Source: Octopus sinensis
Taxonomy: Eukaryota
Length of the DNA stretch: 64,000 nucleotides
Direction of reading: 5' to 3'
Assembly: GCF_006345805.1 (NCBI RefSeq)
Contig: NC_042997.1
Location: 5,766,001 to 5,830,000, forward strand
Shown: piece after piece, positions 13,809-29,699 of the stretch
Layout: every line of letters begins with the position of its first letter
Numbering within the stretch: the first letter of the stretch is position 1
The notes under the pieces: model-generated
What the model saw: the letters and a program-made list of their open reading frames with translations, nothing else
Database searches by the model: none
What the model was told of the DNA's origin: nothing
Translations under genes and position numbers: made by a program

Positions 13809-16800
13809 AATATTATTTAAACCTTTAACTTAATTTGAAATTCGAAAATTTGAAACAATGACCCATATGCATATATGCCATAACATTTAGTTACAAATCC
13901 TCCCAATATAGTTTTTGCCTGTCAACCATTGCTAGATTACTATAATGCCGAAGATGTTTAATACTAGATTAATATTGTGCTCATGTTATTGAAAGTCCTA
14001 GTTAAGAGAGAGAAAACATATTATTTTTTCTGCGTTGAACCACATATATCTTCGAAAACTGATGAGAACTCGTGTAAATAATCCGCTATAGATGAATCGC
14101 TTAAAGTACACACTAAAAGCAACAAAGATGTTGCACATGTAGCGATTAATAACTTTGTAATGTGTTTGTCATTAGATAAATATATGTAAGTTGTACTAAG
14201 AAAATTTACATCAATGAAAACTCAAACTAGGCAGTTAACTTTAAACGTTGAAATCAAACATTCAACGTAGACCTACCTATATTTGTTGTTAGAGGATTCT
14301 TTTTTTATAAACATGCTGAATGAATCCCATTAGAAGATAAAGTATAGAGACGTCAGACGTATACAAACGAGCGGAGGTAAAGTATAATTACATAAACTAT
14401 GCAAGATCCAGACGATAGATTTATCAAGATATACTGGATGTTAAGTCAAATGAAAAGAACTGCATTCGACACCCGAAGGCATGACAATGCATTTACATCT
14501 TGCGCTCCTCTATAATAAATACGAGTATTATGCTTATCAGTGAACATGTTTACCATAACTCAATGTATGCAACGGCGAGATTAAGCAATCTTCATGTGAT
14601 ATTTATAATTACATATAAGTTTAACAATAGTTCTCTCTTCAACTTATAAGGAGTTAACATAGTATATATAAGAAATTTTAAACGAAATCTGAAATGATTT
14701 ATCGGCAACAAACTAAATGAACAATTAAGTGGTTTTCTAAAAGATAACTTTTTCTAATTGAGGCATAATGCCAGCAATTTTGAGTTGGGGTGGGGGATAT
14801 TTATTGAGGCCAACTACTATTGAACTTAATTGACATTTTATTTTATTGCCCTCATAAAAACAGAAGCCAAAATTAATCCCGGTGTGATTTGAAGTGAAAA
14901 TGTAAGATAGGTGTAAGTAATATTTCATGACATTTTGTGCGACTATCTAGCACTTCTGAAACACCCACCTGAGTACTCTAAGAAATAAAATAGAAAGAAT
15001 AGATATACAAGACAAGATACGATCAGTATTCTGCACATTTGTTTTAGAGAACATTCGCAAACATAAAAATCAGAATGAATCATAGGATTAGACTGAAGAT
15101 GAGAACACGAGTTCTGGAAGAGAAACTACAAAAATAAAAAAACAAAGATTTAAACCTGATTACAGACTATTAATTAGTATAAAGAAACCATGTATTACAT
15201 ACTATATCCAGAAATATGAATTTTTTAGGATCATTATTAACTGTGCATTCTCGAGAAATTTCTATATATTCCCTGAGAACGAATATTATGCTTATAAACC
15301 ACACTCAGTAGATAGCAATATGTTAACTAATATACTTTGGGAGATAACACTTCGATTTATAAACGTCCTGATATCATAACAATATGCGGCAAGGAAAGCT
15401 TTGGCAGCCTGTTAGGCAATCACCCTATCCCATGCTCAAGCAAATAAACGAAAATCTATCGGAATATTAGGACCACTAATTAAGGGTGATGCGTGGTTCA
15501 AATATGAAAACACTTTGGGAGAACGCATGTAATGAATAAAAAAAACATTAATAAATACCGAAAAACAAAACATTTTCACTAAATTATCTGATGCAACTGC
15601 GGAAGGTATATTGTTCACAGCCACTTTGCAACACAATAGATATTACATAGAAATAGATGGACAATTTTAAAGGAATATAAAACAATAGAATTCTTAACAA
15701 ACGAAATTACATATAATACAAGCAATTACAATAATTATAGATGTATTATGGCTTACAAATATGCACAGAAAATAATAATACGGAAAATTGCAATACAAGA
15801 CATATTGTGCATATTTTTCCTTGCTTCCTGGGTGTGGAAAGGGGGTCAGCACTCATGGCTTTTGCAGGCCCACCGTCACCGGCGAGATTAATGTCTTTAT
15901 ATTTCTGTTGCGATATTACTCTCGCAGTACGTCACATACACGAAAATATGAGCATGGAGAAAAGAAGAAAGTGATGTCATTCTAGGGTCGTACCACTGAA
16001 CCTATTCGATTGTGCGTGATCTGGTGGATAGGACACAAGAGAAATGTGGTACATGGAGAGGCATGTGAGTAGTTATTACCTAAAAAAAGCATTCCAGCTT
16101 CGGAAATTATTAGTACAAAATAAGACATACAAAGAAAACTGAACTTACCCAATGTTCATAGAACAGTGCTCAGTAGTTCAAGGAAAATATAATAAAACAA
16201 GTCTAAACGACTGACAATATTCATGGTCCTAATTACCTAACTGCCAAGTATCGATCAATTATTAATAATTTTCCTAATTAATCATTTGAAAATGCTACTT
16301 CCAGAAATCATTTCAAATTAACATTTTGATTTTAGATCTTGTGCTTCACAATTTTGCATTTTAACATTCGTAGATCGATGCATTTTGTACAGTAGTGCAT
16401 TGGTCTTGTTGAAGCCAGGAGTTATTGTTCCCTGATATATTGTTCCCCTGTGCCAAATACAGAAATTACTAATTCAAGGCGGTGAAATGAAAGCTACTTT
16501 AATGCGGTATAAAAATGAAATAGAAAAACAAAAGTATAAAGAAATATAAAATACTTTTTATATTTCATTTCAAATTTATGTCTCAAGTCCAACATTTCGT
16601 ATACAATTACGCTTCGTTTCACACACAATTTTAATGTCTTTCTTTAATCGTCTTCGTTTACATTATTTATTACTCTTAGCAAGTACATCATAACTGGAAC
16701 CCGTTTAAGCTAGTAACAATGAAAGGTGATGTTGTTTTCATGTAAATTATAGTGTAGGTAGATAAAAGATGTAAGTAAGTGAACAAATAGTTAATACTTC

Positions 16801-18957
16801 TATTTATGCTGTTAATAACGACATTTATAACTACCGGAGTTATCTGCCACTCAAGAAGACGGCATTCGATACGAACCCAGAAAGAATCCTCCACATAGTA
16901 ACTAGAAATGATGGAAAGCAGCCCTATGACCATCAAACTGTTTTCACTCATTAACAAAAGTACAATAGTTGTTAGACACACATTCATACAGCCAAAAAAG
17001 AATGATATGGAAAAATATAAACTTACAGAATAAAAGAATACCTGTCTGAATATAAATACATATGAATAGGACGACAACTTCGATAATCACTCTGGGTTCT
17101 TCCGGGGATAATCAAAAATAAATATACCGTCATATCTAAACTTCGACAACCATAAACGCTTCTAAATCCTTTGCTTGGAAGTACCATTTTGAACTCCCAC
17201 GCTCTATTAGATACATGCTATGTCATAAAAGTTCAATACGTACGTGAACAACAACGATCTCATCAAGTTCAATATACTTTGAATTATAATAGCACCCACA
17301 TCACACATGAATATAAAAAGTGATTCTGTCATTAAAATATTCAGGTTGCAATAATGCTTCTGATATCTAATAACTGAAACACAATTCTAGTTAGTATCTG
17401 ATAAAGCAGATTAATCCATAGGAAAGCAATATGTATTATATATCCGTAATAAGAGTGATGGACGTATCTTGTCACTAGAATTATACAGGTCCTGTTAAAA
17501 CGATGTATATCGACAGAAATATCTTCTGTTTCGCGATTGTGATACGACGACAAAGACGAGGAGGAGGAGGAGGAGGAGGAATATGATTATGACGATGATG
17601 GTTTCTGCAAACACTAACTAGTGATTTGTTGATATTAGTGAGAAGATATATCAATCGTTCTTAATTCTGACATCTATTACACTATGCTTTAGTATGTAAT
17701 GCACTGTTTATGGGATGTTAAAATGTATTGTGTTTCAATATCAGATATGAGAGGTATGCTTCTATGTATTATACTTTGGCACTTAGCCAGATAAACATAT
17801 CATAATAATGTACATGATACGAGCATGCGATAAATATGAAGAATGATGCAGATGAATATGATGGCTATTACGAATAATAATGCTAAATGATTAATAACTT
17901 TCATAAAGATTTTGGGAATTTTTATGTTAAATCCTAATACGGATTTTGCCACAAAATATTTATATTGCTGCTGACGTCATTGCAGAAGATATTTGTGATG
18001 ATGTAGATAAACAGGAGAATGATTATGATGAGAAGGAACCAACCGTATGGATTCTTGATTTAAAGCTCATCAAGTGCTTGGGTCGATACAGAAATGTTAC
18101 TCAGAAGACAGAGAATTACGGAATAAACACAATAATAAATTGATCAGAGACGTTAACATTACACACTAATCAACTTCTTTTATTCATAGTTATATACATA
18201 GGCAGTTGACTAAATTTCAAAAATATTTATCGAATATATGAGTTGTTTGAAATATATATATAAACAGACCGTAGCAAGTTAATAAGTTCATAGAAGTGAC
18301 GTCATTCATCAGTAGTGTTTAGCCAGAGTGCTCCATTGTCCAGCATAGCTTCAGATATCGTAGGGTGATGCTGATTTAAACTCACTGGAAAATTACCAAC
18401 TGAATGTATTATAATCCACTCTGTTCTATTTAAAAACATTTCTAAATGTTGGTTATGTCACTGGAACCCTGTATGATTGTCTGGAGATTCCTCTTGAGTG
18501 ATATTACTCCTATTTCTTAGCTCATGGTATATCAAAAGCCGAGTTGTTACTGAAACTGACACTTCGAGACTGTGTGGCATTCGGGCTAAACACTACAGAT
18601 GAAAGACGTCGCCTCTATAAATTCATTAACTTGCTACGATCTGATTTTAATTCATCTAGCTATCCAACAACAGTATATATATCTCTATATCTATCTATTT
18701 CTCTCTCTTTCTCTATCTATCTATTTCTCTCTCTCTCTCTATCTATATATTTCTCTCTCTCTCTCTATTCTCTCTCTCTCTCTATATATATATATTTCTC
18801 TCTCTCTATATATATATATTTCTCTCTCTCTCTCTATATATATATATGATTAATACAAACATGAACAAAGAGAAAACACAACAACGCGAGAACGTGGAAC
18901 AAGTGTAGTGTCATTGGACGCTCAGGAAAGGAAAGAAAGAAGGAGGATTTAACGTTT

Positions 18958-18992
<35 letters not shown>

Positions 18993-19034
18993 TACTGACA
19001 GACATACTGACAGACACCAATAATAAATGAGATA

Positions 19035-19242
19035 GATAAATAGTGATATCAAAATTTTGACACAAGGCCAGTAATTTCACGGGAGAGTTCATATCTATTA
19101 CATCGACCCCAGCGCTTAAGTGATGCTCATAATATCGATCCCGAAAAGATGAAAGGCATAGTGGACCTCGGTGGGACATGAAGACGGACAAAAAGTCGCT
19201 GAGTATGTTACCCTGTATACTGAAGATTCTGCTAGTTCGCCA
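19035..19242 (-). mobile_element. Degenerate SINE family A copy
   Basis: cacaaggccag tail; atcgacccc..gatgaaaggcatagtggacctcgg core (minus strand). Confidence 0.6.
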
Positions 19243-20043
19243 TTTCAAAGAATATAAATATTCATAGATTATAGTTTGTGGTTTGTGTGGTGTTTGATAT
19301 ACTTTGAAAATGATAAGATAAGTTAATAGATAAAATAGATTAATCCATTCATAGTTCATTATTAAGTAGAAAACAAAGTCGTTCAATTCCTGTAGTACTC
19401 AATATCTAGAAGTCTCTTGGATATTTATATAATTGTATAGTAGCGTATAGTGTACACAGGATCTCTGTTCAGGTTGCCGTGACGAGAGCATCAAATGATT
19501 TCTCGCATAATTTTCTCTCCGAGCAATCCATCAATTTTAGACAAAAGGAATAATAATAATAAAGAGTTTGAAATTGTCATTAACGAACATCTACTCATTA
19601 ATATTGACATTTAACCTTCAGTGTATAGATTTCGATATTTGATATAAAAATATAACAGGACTAGTTTAAACAACAGTTTATTGAAATCTATCAACTGAGC
19701 GAGTAACAATTGAGAATGATTATGTTTACGAAGTGTTGTTAATTATACACTTCTTTACATTTGATTATATCTTGCTGCATCATAAATTTTCTCCAACGCC
19801 CAATTTATCTTGTCAGGAATATTGTTGAAAAAACATATAGCTTTCATTGCAAGAAAATGTTGAACGTATTGGAATTTTCGAAAGATTCTTTACAAATAAT
19901 GTTTTGATCGATCATATATTTTGCCTTCCGCTGAGATTCATTCAAGAATTAACACACGACTTCTCTTCACTAATTTCCTATAAAGTCAATGGTTTATTAT
20001 TATTATTATTATTAATATTATTATTATTATTAATATTAGTATT

Positions 20044-20078
<35 letters not shown>

Positions 20079-20102
20079 TATATTATTATTATTATTATTA
20101 TT

Positions 20103-20656
20103 GAGTGAGCGAGCAGAGCATGTCATCAAAGTGACACTGGGGTAAAATATACGAAGCCCAGTATACCCATCATGACTACCCGTCTGATAAGGGTACACCA
20201 GCCACATGCATCACAACCATATGTGCGCGACATGGTGATCTCATATCAAGATAAACAGCACATGACCTTGCAGGTGGAGCCCAGTTAGAATTTTCTTCAG
20301 ATCGAGTAACCCATCCCGCTCAAAAGGTCCCTGAATAAGGGTTGTTTAAGGACGTTGAACGAAACACCCATGTTTCCAGAGGTGAATTATTCAAACCCCA
20401 AAGAATCCTTCTCAACACATGGCTATGATGCTCCCCCACTACTTCTGCTCGTGATCAGAGATGCACATATCGTCAGCCACTAAGGGACATGCTCAACTGG
20501 TTAAGGTCAAACAACTGACAAGCAAATCTGTGGTATTGAGCAGAATATTTGCTGTAGCCCATCTTTTATACCAAGACAAAACAATGTACATGATAACACT
20601 TCCAATCAGTTAAGATGAGAAGCCATGAGAGCCACTGCCTGGTACTGCATCAGGGC

Positions 20657-20660
<4 letters not shown>
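20103..20660 (-). mobile_element. ~560-bp non-coding interspersed repeat inserted in (TTA)n; probable R4/Dong-dependent non-autonomous retroposon
   Basis: (TTA)n on both sides; a diverged inverted homolog lies at 24775-25165. Strand inferred from the (TAA)n tail. Confidence 0.65.
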
Positions 20661-20725
<65 letters not shown>

Positions 20726-21939
20726 CATTATTATTATTATCACTATTATTATTATCTCCATCAAAGTTTTATTCTCTTTTTTAAAATAGATGTGATGAAA
20801 TGTGTAGCTTTTAGCGGTCTCCTAACTTTCAAACACTCCATATAGTTTAGCAATATCTTTCAGAGTAATATAGCAAATGCTGCTTTTTTTTTGCCCCAAT
20901 CAGCACCATTTATTTGATACATGAAAGTCGTTCCACAAAGATCCCTCCCAAATCTTTAAAAACAATCTGCCAAAGGCTTATGCATTATGTTGTTTCATAA
21001 GACTGTCTGTTATACTTTTAGTGGATTGTAGTTTCTATTTCCATTAGTCCAGTTTCTGAAGGAATGAAACGAGGAAAATAGGATTCCACTCTGGATCATT
21101 TATTTGGATCATTTGTCAGACGTTATAACTTAGAGAATTAGTTTCTATACATATATTATGACCAAGGAAAGAGAATTGATTATCGATTATGGCGTATATA
21201 GTGTCTTGCAGTGACATTTGAAGCAAATTAAGTTGACATGGTAATGCACCAAACTCACAACAGATTATATTGGAGTCTACAATGCGAGCTTGTTTATGTA
21301 GGTAATATAAAATGGATTGGGCATCTGCTGATTGGTTTCAATGAAAACTAAACCCAGTTGATAATACAAACTCTTGTAATTTACGTCGTGTATATCTGTG
21401 TATACGTATGTGTGTTTGTGTTGTGTGTGTGTGTGTGTGTAAATGGATGTGTTCTGTACCCGACAAATATATTAAGGTTGCGGCAATTACTATTAATGAT
21501 GTTGAAATTCCCAACCCCATTACTAAATCACACTGGGTTTATGTGATCCGGAAAGGGCTATAAAATAATATATAGATAATGTTCATAATAATAGAAACAT
21601 TGTGGGAATGAACTTAGCATTCGCTAATTTCATATAAGCAATTTATAAATGCAGTATACACAACTCTATCGAACAGTCCTTGGAGATGATTGACACTCTC
21701 CAACGACATTTTCAGTAGGAGTATACATAGAATAGTTTTATTGGTAGATTCTTTTTGGTACCATATATGTATAATTTTCTTGTTTTTTTTTTTTTTGATT
21801 TTTGGTCTTTATTTCTATCGAAAATGTAACAGAGAAATACTAACATCATGAAAGAGGAACAGTAATAGGAAGAAAATCGACGACGGTGACCACAATAATG
21901 ATGATGGTAATGCCAACGTATTATTCTATTCTTTCATTA

Positions 21940-22251
21940 TCTTACTTGTTTCAGTCATTCAAATGTGACCATGCAGGAGCACCGACATGAGGGGCTTTTC
22001 GGCGGACAAATCAACCCCTGGACTTATTTTTTAAAGCCTAGTATTTATTCTATCAGTCACTTTTGGTGAATCGTTAAGTTACGGGAACTTAAACACACCA
22101 ACATCGTTTGCTGTGAAGCGATGATGGGATATGACGGGCTTCTATCGGTTTCCCTGTAGCATATCTACTCACGTGGCTTTGGTCGGCCCGAGGCTATAGT
22201 AGAAGACACTTGCCCAATGTGCCAGGCAGTGGGTCTGAACCCGGAACCATC
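21940..22251 (-). mobile_element. SINE family B
   Basis: Reverse-complement homolog of 34589-34940 (ggcccgaggctatagtagaagacacttgccca..gaacccggaacca). Confidence 0.8.
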
Positions 22252-24026
22252 TACGTATGTATGTATGTATGTATGCATATATCTATCTATATACAAACAT
22301 ACATGCATGCATTTTAGATACCACCAGAGTATTCATCTTAATTCAGATAAGAATGAGTACTCAATACCTTATACACATGATGTGCAAAAGTACGTGTAAC
22401 TTGTTATTACTCAATTGTAATCGCTGGATAATTTGTGAGAAAGTAGTTTCATTTTGTATGTTCTGTTTCTCAGAAAGATAGCCTGCTGAAGCATGTTGTC
22501 AGTTTGTATGCATAATTAATTAATTTAAATGCATCTAGTGTTTTTGAATTATTTATCTAATTGTCTATGATTTTGTTTATTCCCATGTCATAACTGACAC
22601 ATACACATATTGCCAAAGACATTTCATTTGTAATCTCACCATCTTATTTTCAGATATAGCGTTAGCAACATAGAAACATTATCAACAAAGTCATTGCTTT
22701 CTTAAATCTGTCAGAGAACTATACGTCGTGTATAGAGAACTATATATGTATATATATATATATATATATATAGCTGTGATTTTTTGTAGGTATGAACGGC
22801 CAAGAAAATTCTCACCCGTTTCGGGAACGCTGTTTTGCTAGAGTTGTATTTGCGCCAATAGCTTATAATAGCTTATATTAAGACAGAGGTAGCTTATGCG
22901 TAGTCAGTGGACCATCTATTAATATCAATTATGTTATAACCTCTAAATTAAAATGGACCGTAGAGAAAGTGTCACAAGGAATAGCGTTGAGTAAGTAAGC
23001 ACAATATCTGAAATATATTCATTAGAATTATAACTAGTGAACAATTGATATATTTGTGGTGGTTCTGGACTGGAGTGGTTAAAACAACTAGAACAAATAC
23101 GTGTGTTGAAAGTTTAGGTGCAGAAGCTGTTCATACATAATAGTTATATGAAAATCAATAATTGGTAATTATTTAAGATTCAAGGTGTGGAGCGATAGGC
23201 CATTGTGTACTAATCAACATATGCAGTACTTACTCTATTTATAAGGATTCAAATAAAGGCCAAGCTACAACAGAAACATTCATAAACTACAACAAATGTC
23301 ACTGAATATAATCCGAAACATCTGTCCGATAACGACATCATTTTTTCGGAACTTCATAGACGAGGAATATTTTTCGTAATGAACGTGTATATCTAAACTT
23401 TCAGTTCTTTACACACAGGTCACCTTAATTCATTTTGGCATATTTTATAGAACGGTTTATCTAAAGAAAGATCAAGAAATAGAATGCTACACAAAAGGTT
23501 ATAAGTTATAATGTCGAGTTAGACAATCAAGATTAACTATATTGCCTTCGAGCGGAATGCAAACATATTTCTATGGTCAGAGATAACATGAGGCTTAAGA
23601 GATCAACAAGACTGGCATATCGTAGTAAGTTTATACAGATGTTGTTAAACTAAGTTTATATCACAGGAGATTTTACAGGGAATAATAAGAGAAATAGATG
23701 CAAATGAAAAACAATTCATGTTCTACGTTATGTTCAAGAAAGACATTGGGATTTTCAGAACAACGAATGTGATCTTAGTACTGAACATCAGATTATCAAT
23801 AGTTTACTGATTACATATTGGGAAACACGGAAATATCTAAGGTAAGTTACTGTTATTCAGAAATAGTTGTTGATATTTTAAATATATTTTTGCAAAACCA
23901 TATTTAATGCCTGCCATTTGATCCGGAAACAGTAGCAAATAGAGAATTGAAGAATTCTAACGGTAAAGTGGTTATAAATAAATCCATATCAGACACAATT
24001 GCATGTAAATATGCACATACATACAG

Positions 24027-24093
<67 letters not shown>

Positions 24094-24110
24094 TATATAC
24101 ACACACTCAT

Positions 24111-24152
<42 letters not shown>

Positions 24153-24774
24153 GTTGCTGTTAAAACCAGATACATATTGACATACACTTGAAATTTCCTC
24201 CCCCTTATAAAATGTGTGTTTTGCTTCAATCTGGTGCGAATATCCTTTGCATTTTACATAATATAGTCGTCTACATTCTCGAATCGACTGTCTAATGTAG
24301 AAATGCAAACGCGAGGTAGACAAATGCCGCAAGCGTTGAAGTGAAAGTATTCCTTGAAAGGTGACCAATAATACACTTCGAAATATTGTGTAACAGGTAT
24401 ACTGTAACAATTTATGAGATGAAAAGGTGTAAGCATGTAAAAAAAAAGTCATACATTGTACTTTAGATTAATAGGAACTTCAATAACGGACAAGGATTTT
24501 ACGAATTTCTTTTCGAACACAGGTGCAAAAATTAACATGGGTATACTTAATACCCGCAAGAAAGAAATCACAGTGTATTAAATATAGATGTCGCCTACAA
24601 TATAATTTGTTGTGTGAAAGTGTAACCATCTTGTACGATGCTGAATGAAATTCATGGTAATAGACATGTGCATAGGTGTGTGCAGGGGTGTATACATATG
24701 TATGTATGTATGTATGTTATTAAACAGTGGGACACAAGGGTACAAAATTGTCAGGATCGGTTGTGAAGTGATAA

Positions 24775-25165
24775 ACCAGTTTAGCAAGTCCCTTAGTGTC
24801 TGACGATATTTGCATATCTGCTCGCGAATAAAATTAGAGAGGAGTATTATAGCCATATATTGAGAAAAATTCTGTGGAATTTGTATAATTTACCTCTGGA
24901 AACATGGGTGTTTCGTTTATCATACTTAAATAACCCTTAGTTAGAGACCTTTTAAAACGAATCGTCTAATCGACCCTGAAGAAATTCCTAACTGAGCCCG
25001 ACCTGCAAAGTCATGTGCTGTTTAGATTGATATCAGATCACCATTATGCACGGATATGATTGTGATGTATGTTCTTGTTGTACTCTTATTAGGCGGACAG
25101 TTTTGATGGCTATATTAGGCTTCGTATATTTGAACCCCAGTTTCACCTTTATGGTATACACTGCT
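24775..25165 (+). mobile_element. Older partial copy of the 20103-20660 repeat
   Basis: cctctggaaacatgggtgtttcgtt and acctgcaaagtcatgtgctgttta are reverse complements of segments in 20110-20500. Confidence 0.75.
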
Positions 25166-25764
25166 GTAAAAATGAACCCATACCAAAACCAACATAAAAA
25201 GAAACGGACGGTGGACAAATAAACATAAATACTATGAAATAGTTGATTTATGATTTACATACGCTAATATGCAAAACAGGAGTAAACTCATGTCGTAAAT
25301 AGCCAGGAATTTGAACAATGCTTACAACATGTTCCATAGAAGTTCAATACCCGAGAAAAGAACACAGTCAGCACTGCACAAACATCACATAGTATAAAAA
25401 ACTACTGCAACAGAAGACTCAAGCATACCTCACAATAAAACATACTGATACAATGCAATATCCGCTCTGCTCCCCGCAAAAATGCGGCACACAGTACCCC
25501 ACCAGCACAAAGGTGCAACAAATGAGGCATTAGAAAGATGCTTGAAACTATCAGATGGATGTCGGAAAATAATAGTGCTGATAACGTTGGTAACGAACGT
25601 TACCTCACCTCAGTTAATGCGAGGCATGATTTTCCGAAGAAACTCTCATTGTAACAGTGAATTTTAAGCTGGACCTTTAAGGGAAGTCATCTCGGTCGTT
25701 AGTGGTTCACTAAGAATGTAGACTGACGGCAGCTGTTATCTTAATGCAATATCAGAAGATAATA

Positions 25765-26994
<1,230 letters not shown>

Positions 26995-27499
26995 AAGAAG
27001 AAGAAGAAGAAAACAAAACTAGGCAAAAATATGTAGCAGAGCTTAAATTAGAAACCCTAAGAATAGTGCCCTAGCTTGCCCACAACGAAGTTAGAACGAT
27101 ATATATGCGCATAATATCCCACATATATCTGCATATATAAAATACATGCATACGTACAGTATACATTGGCATTCTGCTACATGCTTGCATATATACATTT
27201 ATGTCTCTATAATATATTGAGAGAGATAGGGGGGACGAGGAAGAGATTGAGAAGAGGAGGGAGAGAAATAGATAGATATGCATGGAAGAAGAAGTAGGTG
27301 TGTTTTGTAAAGTGTGTTTTGTCTTGTTCTGATAAATGGTGCACAGCGAGCATAATACTTATATTTATTGATGGAATTTATGTCTTCCTTTTTGATAAGG
27401 TATTATTGTGATTTTTATCTTGGCACAGTCAGCGGTCTGCTTATTTTGTAATTTTTTTCGAGCAAATTCTTGTTTTCCTTTTACTTACGCGTAGGTTAA

Positions 27500-29252
27500 A
27501 CATCAATAAATTAACATTTAAAGAGCCGCATAATAGTTTTATAAAAATTAGAACATAATTGAATGCTTGCAAGAAAAATGCCGATTCTCGTTCTCAAGTA
27601 CTGCAGAAAATTTAGGACAAAATTTTAGTTTTATTAACTATTCACGCTTCAGACAAAACTCAGTGCAAACTTGCCGTACGTTCAGTTTCCGTTTCCTGTA
27701 TAAATGTGAAACAAATTTAATTCGTCTTGCAAAGTAAATCAATTAGTACAAATAGTGATTATCAGATATAGTCAACATAATATATAAATTGTTCTTAGGC
27801 TCTAGTGCACGACCCCCTCCTTTTGCGTATTTTTTGACAAACAAAATGCACTAAAAAAAAACCTTACAGACAACAATGACATATTGGGCGTCTCTGACAT
27901 ACAAAAAATCAATTACAAGTAAAGTTGTACTTGTGGGGATTCACAAATCAATCTTCTTTCAAACGCTAGCGACGGAAACACATAACGTCCAAATAGATGT
28001 CCGTATTTTCTAGACTTCATTTCCTCAGCACCTTATGTCTCAGTAACTGAATATCTAACGTATTGATTCACACAAGATCGAGGAAAATCTGTTTACGACT
28101 CTTGCATGCCATATCAGACAGTTTTTATATATGCATACTAATGTTATTAGATCTTGTCGGTGTCTGTCTTTGCGATCCAAGCTTGGTTCAGAATGCTGGG
28201 AAGAAATTATTTTACAATTGTGCGATTTATTATGCTCATGACCACTGCGTGACTTCTCATGATACCACCATTCAATATTCACAACAATGAATGATAGTCA
28301 CTGTTATCTAGAAAAGCGTCGTATCTGCACCGTATGTATTCACATATTACGGAGGCTATTGCGTAATTTTCAAGAGGTGAGATTTCCAGAGAACGATGAA
28401 AGGAAAACATGCATGCCTCTCTTAAGGGCTTGAGATCTGACTCAGCGCCTTCTTGAGAGCGGAAGATACATTATGTGAGAGAAACGTAAAATTTTTTAAG
28501 CAAGCATGTCTTCAAAATGTTAAAAATTTATCAATCGCTCATAATAAACTATTTTGTTTTGGATTGCAGAAAACGATGCATCACTGCTGAGAGAATTATT
28601 CTGCAGAGAACAGCTATAGATTGCCCAGGTAAATCATTAAAAAAAGAAGGTTATGGAACATATATTTTCGTGAAGATCATTGAATCTGTAAGTGAAAATA
28701 AATAATACTTGTACTTTTATTTCACTAAATTCTGTGTCAATTTTCCTATGACACTCACAGTCAGTGAATGACTTTAAAGATACTGGGATAATTGCACCTG
28801 AGCTCGCTGCTTACCGTACCATACTTGGAAGTTCCACGACCGTTAAGTTGATTACGTTATTCTTGGAAAGCAAAAGGCAATTATACCTGAAGGCGTCTCC
28901 TTGTCCTAAACGAAGCTTGGCAAACTCGAATTACATTGCAGGCCCCTTTAATGACAGGAAGTTTTTTCAGGACCGTTTGTATACTATATTCACTAGTAGT
29001 CAAATAATCAAAATACAAAATCAAGAATTTCTCATACTTTTCGTTTGTTTAATATTATATTATTGTAGGCAATTAGCTTATTGCCACTAATAAATTAAAA
29101 AATTATTTTTAAAAATGTTTTTAAAAAAACAATTTTATTTTGAAACTAAACACATTAAAGATGCCACTTATTTCAAGAAAGTATAATGCGGGCAGCAAGT
29201 TATACGTCTGTGGGCTGCATGCGGCTCGTGGGCCACAGGTTGGCTAGCCCTG
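27500..29252 (-). mobile_element. Decayed hAT (Buster/SPIN-like) DNA transposon
   Basis: hAT-type terminus gggctgcatgcggctcgtgggccacaggttggctagccctg (29212-29252). Minus-strand remnants KSFTDCE (cf. KPFTDGE), IIHC and W..RVVNRF. Left boundary approximate. Confidence 0.55.
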
Positions 29253-29699
29253 TTCTAAACCATATACATTCTAAGCTTGGCCAAAAACAATGCTTAATGG
29301 ACGGGAAAAAGAATCATATATCTAGGGTATAATGCTGGAAGTTAGTCAGCACCTCAATACGATAAACGTTTTGTTTAAATATAACTTCATATTAACCTAT
29401 GCAGAAATCTGGTGAATAAATTCGCTCGCTGCAGAAATTATTGCCTTTCAACTTAGTGGTTTCAATTTGAAATGAGCGGGAGAGAATGCACAAGGAATGA
29501 GTGTTATATTTGCAGCTAAAAGCCGTAAAAATTGCCGACGCCAATAGCGTGCATATTACCGCTTGGCGTAATGTTAGATACTGAAAATAATTTAACTGGA
29601 AGAATGTCTTTGCAGATATTACTAATGAATTTTGTAACTAAAAGAAATAATATTACGGTTAACATTTTATGAACGAACATTTTGAGTGTTCTTAGATGT

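Noticed and set aside
14930-16400. Possible piggyBac relic
   Set aside because: Only a vague resemblance; no TIRs with TTAA or catalytic motifs found.
20590-20660. HDV-like ribozyme or U2-like sequence at the 5' end of the TTA-targeting repeat
   Set aside because: Could not build a consistent P1/P2 pairing by eye, and the U2 similarity is too short.
23100-23880. Possible Gypsy protease/RT relic (VYLKKDQEIEC, EINKTG)
   Set aside because: Too degenerate; no LTRs or YxDD motif seen.
24186-24401. Minus-strand exon-like open segment (also 55230-55491, 61338-61470, 42948-43040)
   Set aside because: Splice-like ends, but no recognisable peptide or reliable phase link to the other candidate exons.
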